Under the pieces are notes generated by a model. That model made no database searches and had not been told where the DNA came from. It was given only the letters and a program-made list of their open reading frames with translations. This document shows positions 13,193 to 19,537 of a DNA stretch of 36,844 nucleotides, one piece after another (position 1 is the first letter of the stretch; each line of letters opens with the position of its first letter). The DNA is from a virus, in IMG/VR virus record IMGVR_UViG_3300049801_000015; one strand, written 5' to 3'. The position numbers and the translations under genes are program-made.

Positions 13193-13437
13193 CCGCGAAG
13201 CCGTGGGGGGAGTGCCGTGTCTGTCGTGGCCTGGGTGAGATGGTCGATGGGTTCAAGGCCCATAGCTCGACAGGCCAGCCCGTGATGGTTGAGTGTCCCT
13301 GCATCGAAGCCCGCCGCGCCGCGTTCGAGGAGGCGATGGAGGCCGTCAGTAACGCCAAGTCCGGCAAGTGTATCCATTGCGGCACACAGCGAGCGATTGA
13401 TCTGGCGGCCATCCGCGCCAAGATGGAGGGGGAATGA
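13189..13437 (+). CDS. CxxCxGxG zinc-finger protein, paralog family B copy 1
   Basis: 82 aa. MTAKPWGECRVCRGLG...CPC...ARRAAFEEAMEA...CIHCG...AAIRAKMEGE. The N- and C-termini are nearly identical to CDS 13664..13960. Confidence 0.65.
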   Translation: MTAKPWGECRVCRGLGEMVDGFKAHSSTGQPVMVECPCIEARRAAFEEAMEAVSNAKSGKCIHCGTQRAIDLAAIRAKMEGE

Positions 13438-13667
13438 GCGAACCGATGAAGCCGACGGAAGACGAATTGCGCGATGCGCGCCGTCATGACGGGTGGATTG
13501 GTGATGCTTTTGTTGATCTCAAATGTGGGCACCCAGCATGCACCGTCCGCCGCCGCGCCGAGTGGGAGAACAAGATCATGCGGGAGGCGCTTGAGAAACT
13601 CACAGAGGGCGGCGACCAGGAGTGGGTTGACGTGGCCAGTGACACCCTAGAGAAGATCGACCGATGA
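13434..13667 (+). CDS. Hypothetical protein, paralog family A copy 2
   Basis: 77 aa. CTVRRRAEWENKIMREA...LEKIDR. See copy 1. Confidence 0.65.
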   Translation: MSEPMKPTEDELRDARRHDGWIGDAFVDLKCGHPACTVRRRAEWENKIMREALEKLTEGGDQEWVDVASDTLEKIDR

Positions 13668-13960
13668 CCGCGAAGCCGTGGGGGGGCGCTCTTGAATTGT
13701 GGGGTCAGTACGCAAGCCCCGCAATCGACAGCATCGGAGACGCGAACGAGATTGAGGTGGTGACGAAGGCCGACTTCGTGGCCGCTGTCACAGAAGCCCG
13801 CCGCGCCGCGTTCGAGGAGGCGTGCAAAGCCGAGTGTCTTTACTGTCGTGAGAACGCACCGATTCTTGTTGGGTTGGATGGTGCATGGCATCGGGACGGG
13901 CTAGGTGAAATCAAGCAATGCCACGCTGCGGCCATCCGCGCCAAGGTGGAGGGGGAATGA
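13664..13960 (+). CDS. Paralog family B copy 2 (CxxCxGxG motif lost)
   Basis: 98 aa. MTAKPWGG...ARRAAFEEACKAECLYCRE...AAIRAKVEGE. It shares the 32-nt junction string agatcgaccgatgaccgcgaagccgtgggggg with copy 1. Confidence 0.65.
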   Translation: MTAKPWGGALELWGQYASPAIDSIGDANEIEVVTKADFVAAVTEARRAAFEEACKAECLYCRENAPILVGLDGAWHRDGLGEIKQCHAAAIRAKVEGE

Positions 13961-14349
13961 AACCGACGCCGGGACCGTGGAGACTCGCAACGGAATGGTC
14001 GGACGAACACGGCATGAGGCACGACTGTGCCGCCGTCGATGCAGACACGGGGAACGTCACGGACTGTCTGCGCATGTACTCGCCACTTGCGGAGGATCAA
14101 GCCAACGCCGCCCTGATAGTCGCCGCCGTGAACCCGTGCTTCGCATCGGAGCGCCCGCTTGACTTCGCCGCGCAGATCCCGGCGATGGTGGAGAGGGCAA
14201 AGGATCAGGCTGGCCGTGAGTGCGCCAATATCTCTGTAGTCGATGAGGACTGCGGGTATCTGTACCACGACAAGCCGCATCGTTGGTGCGAACCGTGCCA
14301 TTCCCGCGCCCTCCTCGCCTCGGCGGGGATCGAGTGGAGGGAGACGTGA
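13957..14349 (+). CDS. Hypothetical TPGPW-motif protein (paralog family C copy 2)
   Basis: 130 aa from the ATGA-coupled ATG. MKPTPGPWRL...ANAALIVAAVNPCF, plus a Cys-containing C-terminal extension (CGYLYHDKPHRWCEPCH). Confidence 0.65.
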   Translation: MKPTPGPWRLATEWSDEHGMRHDCAAVDADTGNVTDCLRMYSPLAEDQANAALIVAAVNPCFASERPLDFAAQIPAMVERAKDQAGRECANISVVDEDCGYLYHDKPHRWCEPCHSRALLASAGIEWRET

Positions 14350-14522
14350 TCCGGCTCATGCGATGGCACGAAGGGAGACGGGCCGTGTTCGCACGCGGGA
14401 ACGTCTTTGAGAACGCGATCCTGTGGATGCGCGGATACAGGCCGCACGACACGCTATTCGGGTTTGTCATGGCTAAGTGGGCCAGAGCCGCCGACGCGGC
14501 GGGAGGTGGACGTGAAGGATGA
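14346..14522 (+). CDS. Hypothetical small protein
   Basis: 58 aa from the GTGA-coupled GTG 14346 (VIRLMRWHEGRRAVFARGNVFENAILWMRGY...). It overlaps the next start by 11 nt. No motif recognised. Confidence 0.4.
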   Translation: MIRLMRWHEGRRAVFARGNVFENAILWMRGYRPHDTLFGFVMAKWARAADAAGGGREG

Positions 14523-14781
14523 GGAGATTCGTCGCAAGGCCCTGATGGTGGACATCAAAGCTGGCGCGTCCGAGATCGCCACTATCATCGACGCCGCCAT
14601 CCGCCTCGCGCGGGAGGATGAGAGGGAGGCCCTTACCAAGTGGCACCAAGAGGGGTACGCGGAGGCAAATAGGAAATCAATCGAATCGGTGGACGTGCAG
14701 TACCTCTACCATCGCAACAAGGGCCGCATGGACGCGCACTCCGACGCCGTTGACTTCATTTCAGAGAGGGGGAAACCGTGA
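14512..14781 (+). CDS. Hypothetical protein (paralog family D copy 2)
   Basis: GTG 14512 is preceded by GGGAGG with a 5-nt spacer. The VKDEEI start is identical in DNA to CDS 11187..11396. Confidence 0.6.
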   Translation: MKDEEIRRKALMVDIKAGASEIATIIDAAIRLAREDEREALTKWHQEGYAEANRKSIESVDVQYLYHRNKGRMDAHSDAVDFISERGKP

Positions 14782-15113
14782 GCATCTTCACCACGCTACG
14801 AGACGCCGTTCTCGGCACCACGCCGCAGGCCGTAGTCGCCAAGCGCCTACAGCGCATCGAGTCCATCGAAGCCGACTGGCAGAAGATCGCGGACACGCTC
14901 AGGCCGCTCGCAATCCCGCCGCCCTTCGTCAACGACACGACGGGGAATCCGGCGTTCGAGGCAAAGCGATGCATCGATGGGTTGATCGTGATGCACAGCC
15001 TTGCTGTTGGGCAAGTCGATGCTGGTCACGAGGCAGCCGCTAAGGGCAGCGGGTCAAGCGCGGGGAGTTTCGAGTTCGAGGCCCGCTGCCGGATCAAGGA
15101 GGTGAGGTGGTGA
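14778..15113 (+). CDS. Hypothetical protein
   Basis: 111 aa. GTGA-coupled start. No motif recognised. Confidence 0.55.
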   Translation: MSIFTTLRDAVLGTTPQAVVAKRLQRIESIEADWQKIADTLRPLAIPPPFVNDTTGNPAFEAKRCIDGLIVMHSLAVGQVDAGHEAAAKGSGSSAGSFEFEARCRIKEVRW

Positions 15114-15655
15114 CCCGCGCCGCCCTCGCCCTCGCGCTCCGCCCCTGGCTGTGGTGGAAGGAACGACTCCGCCGGGAATACTGGCGCGGGTTCGATCACG
15201 CCGCGGCCTTCTATCGCGGCGACACGGTGGCCGGATCATACGTCCAGTATTTGGCCAGTCGCTACAGCGCGCCGCGTGAAACCGTGGTCACCGTCCAGCG
15301 ATTCGGGCCCGGCGTTAGCGCTGCGGTAGTCGAGGCGGCGGAGCACAAGCCGTGGATCAAGTGTACCAACTGCCGCGGAGATGGACACTTCTTGGCGCGA
15401 GAAGAAGATCCGTGTATCCGCAGACAGACGGTTCATTGCACGTGCGGACCCGCGTACCACGCGGGGTTCTCCGACGGGTGGGCCGCGTCAAAAGAAGACG
15501 CCGCAAGGTGGCATGGTGCGCGGGGACACAGGCTAGCGTATGCGCCCAAGACAGACGTGGCGGAACGTGAAGTCAAACAGCTGCTATTCAACGAACACCT
15601 AAAGTCCGCAGATCATCACCGATCACTCAAGAACAAGCCGGAGGTACAACCATGA
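15107..15655 (+). CDS. Hypothetical protein with a DnaJ-type CxxCxGxG motif
   Basis: 182 aa. CTNCRGDGHF is followed by CIRRQTVHCTCG. The N-terminus is hydrophobic and Trp-rich. GTG 15110 (GTGA overlap) is an alternative start. Confidence 0.55.
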   Translation: MVTRAALALALRPWLWWKERLRREYWRGFDHAAAFYRGDTVAGSYVQYLASRYSAPRETVVTVQRFGPGVSAAVVEAAEHKPWIKCTNCRGDGHFLAREEDPCIRRQTVHCTCGPAYHAGFSDGWAASKEDAARWHGARGHRLAYAPKTDVAEREVKQLLFNEHLKSADHHRSLKNKPEVQP

Positions 15656-15918
15656 AGCGCCTGCTATTCGCGCTCCTCCTCCTCGCCGGGTGTGGAAGTC
15701 CCAACCCGAGAGCCGACTGCGACCGCTGGCGTCCCGTGTTCTATCGTGAGGAACTACCGCGCAGGGTAACGTACCCCGGCATTGTCATTCCGGTGTCGCC
15801 TCGTAGCGGCATGGCATTTCCACCGTGTTGGGCAGTCAACCCCGCGAACGGTATAGGCGAATCGTGCGCCTTGTGGGTCTACGGACACGGCGACACGGTT
15901 TGGATGGTGTGCGAATGA
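15652..15918 (+). CDS. Lipoprotein (lipobox LLAGC)
   Basis: 88 aa. MKRLLFALLLLAGCGSP has a basic n-region, a hydrophobic core and an L-A-G-C lipobox. The mature part has four further Cys residues. Confidence 0.7.
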   Translation: MKRLLFALLLLAGCGSPNPRADCDRWRPVFYREELPRRVTYPGIVIPVSPRSGMAFPPCWAVNPANGIGESCALWVYGHGDTVWMVCE

Positions 15919-16346
15919 GACTCACCATCCTCGCCGCCTTGCTCCTCCTCGCCGCGCCGTGCGAGGCCCGCAGACCCGTCTACACCTTTGCTGGTCGAAT
16001 CTCGCCGTTCTGCATCAACCCGCAGACGTGCGAGGCCGACACCGTGCGCTTCACCGGCCCTGGGTGGACCGAGGGCTGGGTCATCTGGAATCCGCTGCCC
16101 GGACCCGCGCCCGAGCCGCCCGACACGTTCATGGTGTGCGGGCCGTTCGACTTCACGGCGCCCGACACGTCCTACCACGCGTACAGCTTCACGCCGATGC
16201 GATCCGGCATCTACCGATGCGCCGTGGACGTGGTAGTACCAAGGGCGGGCAGACTCTCGGACTGGTGCCCGCTGCAATGGGGCGATCCGGATACCGTGAT
16301 CCTGCCGCCTCAATCCGAAGTGTGGATGCTGAACCTGCCGAAGTGA
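15915..16346 (+). CDS. Secreted protein (cleavable signal peptide)
   Basis: 143 aa from the ATGA-coupled ATG. MRLTILAALLLLAAPCEA-RRP looks like a Sec signal with an AxA-like site. The mature part is Pro/Trp/Cys-rich. Confidence 0.6.
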   Translation: MRLTILAALLLLAAPCEARRPVYTFAGRISPFCINPQTCEADTVRFTGPGWTEGWVIWNPLPGPAPEPPDTFMVCGPFDFTAPDTSYHAYSFTPMRSGIYRCAVDVVVPRAGRLSDWCPLQWGDPDTVILPPQSEVWMLNLPK

Positions 16347-16361
16347 CCACGGGGAGGACGA

Positions 16362-16874
16362 TTGAGAACCGCCGAGATCCTGCCGCCTCGCTTCCGGTCC
16401 CACTCCAAAGCAAACTACCAGTCTCAGGTCGGCAAACGCATAGACCCTGAACGGGCTACGTCGCTGTTCGCGTTCAGCAAGCACGCCAACCTGATCGCAA
16501 CCGAGATCTGGTCGCACGCCATCGACCGCGAAGATCCCTATGCGTGGCTTATGATGTGTGTGATCCATCGGGCAATGGAGGATCTCGGGCGCGTCAAATG
16601 GCCAAGCAAAGACCGGCATCACGACACCCATGAAGGACTCAACGCAGCCGAGTTTATCAGCTCCCCGGACTTCGCCGCCGTGACCGAACCGCTTGGGCTT
16701 GACCCCGCATGGGTGCGGGGCGTGATCCGCAGATGGACCGAATACGAAGGGGTGAATGTCCAGTGGGGCGTGACGATCATCCGGGCCCCGATCCGAGTCG
16801 CGCCGCCGCCTACGCCGGCCAGCGTCTACAAACTCAACCGGAGAAAGTGCGGACCTCACAAGATTTCGGCTTGA
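16362..16874 (+). CDS. Hypothetical protein, possible late-gene regulator by position
   Basis: 170 aa. TTG start with GGGAGG upstream. It is the last gene before the terminase block. WLMMCVIHRAMEDLG...FAAVTEPLGLDPAWVRGVIRRW looks like an HTH or sigma region-4-like segment. The functional call rests on position and a weak motif only. Confidence 0.5.
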   Translation: MRTAEILPPRFRSHSKANYQSQVGKRIDPERATSLFAFSKHANLIATEIWSHAIDREDPYAWLMMCVIHRAMEDLGRVKWPSKDRHHDTHEGLNAAEFISSPDFAAVTEPLGLDPAWVRGVIRRWTEYEGVNVQWGVTIIRAPIRVAPPPTPASVYKLNRRKCGPHKISA

Positions 16875-16900
16875 CAAGACTTGCTCCGTTGTGCATGTTC
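16865..16900 (+). promoter_or_regulatory. Promoter/regulatory candidate sharing a ~20-nt motif with 4194-4213
   Basis: TTCGGCTTGACAAGACTTG (16865-16883) matches TTCGGCCTTGATAAGACTTG (4194-4213) apart from one indel and one substitution. It contains a consensus -35 TTGACA. The hexamer 17 nt downstream (CATGTT) is a poor -10. Confidence 0.3.
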
Positions 16901-17357
16901 CACGCATGACGTTTCGGCGCGGGGCAGAACCCAATCATCTACAGCGCGCTCGTACCTCCCGAGCGATCCGCTCCATCACCGGGCGAACCCCGCGCCTATC
17001 ATCCGCAGAGGAAACGTGTTGAGGCGCGACGCCATAGACTTCCTGCCGCAAGGCTGCGCCATCATCGACGCCGTTTCCGAGATTCAACACGAGTACGTCG
17101 TGAAGAGCCGTTCACCGGGTTACGTACCAGCACCACCGGCTAACCCCACGATGAGTCAATGCGGGCCAGTCCGCACGACTACGGGTTACTGGGGCGCGCC
17201 CCCAATACCGCCTGACCGCGTGTATTACGAGGGCGACCCCGGCGACCTAGACGACGAAGAGACCCCCAACCGCGTGCCAACCATTACCGGCGCGCAAGGA
17301 GCGGCCGCGATCTGTCCTGGTGGACTGCGCGACCGTGCGGGATTTGGCGAAGGCTAA
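16881..17357 (+). CDS. Uncertain ORF upstream of the small terminase
   Basis: It is the only + strand ORF in the 445-nt interval. Third-position GC looks coding-like from about GTG 17016 onward (GNVLRRDAIDFLPQGCAIIDAVSEIQHEYVV...) and is weaker before that. It would overlap the TerS start. The interval could instead be non-coding (a pac or cos region). Confidence 0.3.
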   Translation: MLRCACSTHDVSARGRTQSSTARSYLPSDPLHHRANPAPIIRRGNVLRRDAIDFLPQGCAIIDAVSEIQHEYVVKSRSPGYVPAPPANPTMSQCGPVRTTTGYWGAPPIPPDRVYYEGDPGDLDDEETPNRVPTITGAQGAAAICPGGLRDRAGFGEG

Positions 17358-17856
17358 AGCACCGCGTCCTACCGGGCGCCCAAGCACTTACACCGAAGAG
17401 GCCGCCCAGGCCATCATCGCCGAACTTGACTTCGGCATGTCCTGGCCCGACTCCTGTGCGCTGGCAGGAATCCCCGAATCCACTGCACGCCTTTGGACTA
17501 CCGAGCACGAGGACTTTCTGCGGGGGATAAAGTCCGCCCGCGCCAACGCTCACCGGCGCGCCCTCGCCCGAATCCAAGAGGCCGGGGACCGCTGGCAGTC
17601 CGCCGCGTGGTTCCTCGAGCGCCACGACTTCCAGAACTGGGGCGCGCGTCAGGCCGTCGAAATGTCCGGCCCGAACGGCGGCCCGATCTCCACCGAGGCC
17701 ATCACCCCCGTCGAGGCCGTCCTTCGCCAGCGTCAACTGCTCGGCGTAGCCGGACTTGGGTCCATCGACTACCAAGTCGACCCCCATGCCGCCGCGGTGA
17801 GCGTGGCTGGCAACGGGAACGGCAAGCCCAAGAACGGCAACGGTCATGGGGCTTGA
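17320..17856 (+). CDS. terS: Terminase small subunit
   Basis: 178 aa. The N-terminal GRPSTYTEEAAQAIIAELDFGMSWPDSCALAGIPESTARLWTTEHEDFLRGIKSARA is the HTH pattern common to small terminases. It lies directly upstream of TerL and overlaps it. The exact start is uncertain (GTG 17320, GTG 17335 or TTG 17344). Confidence 0.7.
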   Translation: MDCATVRDLAKAKAPRPTGRPSTYTEEAAQAIIAELDFGMSWPDSCALAGIPESTARLWTTEHEDFLRGIKSARANAHRRALARIQEAGDRWQSAAWFLERHDFQNWGARQAVEMSGPNGGPISTEAITPVEAVLRQRQLLGVAGLGSIDYQVDPHAAAVSVAGNGNGKPKNGNGHGA

Positions 17857-19537
17857 GGCGCTCACGCTCATGATCGCACTCGCCGGCGGCATCAACCCCT
17901 GGGCGCTCAACGACGCCACCTACAAGGCGCTCGTCCAGAACGAGATCGCCGCGTTCGGTCAGAACGAGGAGTGGGTAGCCGCAGAGCGGGTCCGGTGCTT
18001 TGCGCCCACCGTGACCGACCGGGAGATCGGCTTCCAGTACTGGGCCGCTCGCTACTGGAACCTCGTCAACAAGCGGGGCGAGATCGTCCTACTCCGCCCC
18101 AACGCGCTCCAGCGCTCCTACCTCGCCAACCGCTCCGCCGAGAACGTCATCCTCAAGTACCGCAAGGGCGGCGCATCGAGCGTGGTCGACGCGATGTACT
18201 ACTGGCGCTGTCGCCGCTCCCCGTACCAGCACGCCTACATCATGGCGCACGTTGCCGACTCCACCGACGAGCTCTACCAGCGCGTGCTCTTCGCTCACGA
18301 CCGTATGCCGGGCTACCTGGCCGCGCCGATCCGCCGTAGCAACAAGACCGTGCTGCACTTCGCCGACAACGACTCCTACCTCCGACTCATGACTGCCGGG
18401 GGCAAGGGCTCAGGCCGCGCCGCGGACGCCGACGCGATCCACCTCTCCGAGGCAGCGCACTACCCCGACCTGGACGGCACTCTCGCCGCGGTGGGGGAGG
18501 CCAAGCGCTCGGACGCATGGCTCGACATCGAGTCGACCCCCAACGGTTTCGACCGCTTCCGCTCCGAGTTCAAGGACGCCAAGGCCGGAAAGACCACGCG
18601 CACGGCGCAGTTCTTCCCGTGGTACTTCGACCCGGCCAACAGCACCACACTCGAGCGCGGCGAGCGCGTCACCCCAACCGCTTCCGAGCGCCCGCTGGTT
18701 GCCGCATGGCACCTCAAGCCTGAGCAGTTGAAGTGGCGGCGCGCCAAGATCGCCGACCTGAAAGACCTCTTCGCCCAAGAGCATCCCGAGGACGACGAGT
18801 CGTGCTTCCTCATCGGCGGTGTGCCCAAGTTTGACAATTCGATCCTGGGCAAGCTCGTTGCCGTGGTCGAGGCCCGCGTGCTCCCGCTCAACGAGTCGGA
18901 GCTGCGTGCCGCTGGCGACCCGTACCGCGGCTCCGGCGACAACGGGCGCTGGGTTGTCTGGCGTCGCCCGATCAAAGGGCACCGCTACGTGATCGGGGCG
19001 GACGTTGCCGAGGGCCTTCCGGGTCGTGCGAACTCCGCCGCTGGCGTTCTCGACGTAACCGGCGCCCAGGCCGAACAGGTCGCCGAGTGGTGTGGCCACG
19101 TCTCCCCGGGCGACTACGCGCACGTCCTCGCCAAGATCGGCGGCTGGTACAACGGCGCACTGGTAGCCGCCGAGCGCAACAACCACGGGCACGCGACGCT
19201 GCGCGCCCTGCGAAACGAAGTCGGCTACGCGCACATCTACAAGCACCGTCACTACGACCAGCGTGCAGGAGGCGCGATCAAGCGCCCCGGCTGGCCGACT
19301 GACGGCAAGACCCGCCCGATCATGTTCACCGACCTCCGCGACTGTCTCGACAAGGGCTGGATGATCGTCCGCTCTGCCGAGTTCCTCAAGGAGTGCATGG
19401 CGATGCAGGCGGGCGACGAGGACTTGGACAGTGACGACGACAGGCCGTCGCACTCGAAAGTCCTGCGGGATCGGATCTTCGCGTGGGGCATCGCGTGGCA
19501 GGTGCGCGGCGTAGCAACGGCAGGAGCGGTGGCATGA
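17846..19537 (+). CDS. terL: Terminase large subunit
   Basis: 563 aa. It has a Walker-A-like VILKYRKGGASS, a Walker-B/coupling element AIHLSEAAHY and ESTPNG, plus a C-terminal nuclease half with acidic motifs (VIGADVAEG, ERNNHG). The position before the portal gene fits. Confidence 0.9.
   Translation: MGLEALTLMIALAGGINPWALNDATYKALVQNEIAAFGQNEEWVAAERVRCFAPTVTDREIGFQYWAARYWNLVNKRGEIVLLRPNALQRSYLANRSAENVILKYRKGGASSVVDAMYYWRCRRSPYQHAYIMAHVADSTDELYQRVLFAHDRMPGYLAAPIRRSNKTVLHFADNDSYLRLMTAGGKGSGRAADADAIHLSEAAHYPDLDGTLAAVGEAKRSDAWLDIESTPNGFDRFRSEFKDAKAGKTTRTAQFFPWYFDPANSTTLERGERVTPTASERPLVAAWHLKPEQLKWRRAKIADLKDLFAQEHPEDDESCFLIGGVPKFDNSILGKLVAVVEARVLPLNESELRAAGDPYRGSGDNGRWVVWRRPIKGHRYVIGADVAEGLPGRANSAAGVLDVTGAQAEQVAEWCGHVSPGDYAHVLAKIGGWYNGALVAAERNNHGHATLRALRNEVGYAHIYKHRHYDQRAGGAIKRPGWPTDGKTRPIMFTDLRDCLDKGWMIVRSAEFLKECMAMQAGDEDLDSDDDRPSHSKVLRDRIFAWGIAWQVRGVATAGAVA

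Larger units (their letters stand above)
12968..13956. repeat. Diverged tandem duplication of a two-gene cassette (units about 466 and 523 bp)
   Basis: Unit 1 is 12968-13433 and unit 2 is 13434-13956. Exact blocks of 47 nt and 32 nt occur at a constant offset of about 475 nt, and there are shorter shared blocks (gaagcccgccgcgccgcgttcgaggaggcg). Confidence 0.85.

Noticed and set aside
15879-16934. Very long minus-strand ORFs. Examples are 15879..16934 (351 aa), 22947..24092 (381 aa), 26744..27931 (395 aa), 18410..19453 (347 aa) and 21656..22555 (299 aa).
   Set aside because: They lie antisense to well-supported + strand genes (capsid, terminase, tail tube). They are Arg/Gly/Pro/Ala-rich and lack recognisable motifs or RBSs. 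Long antisense ORFs like these are expected in high-GC DNA, where stop codons are rare.
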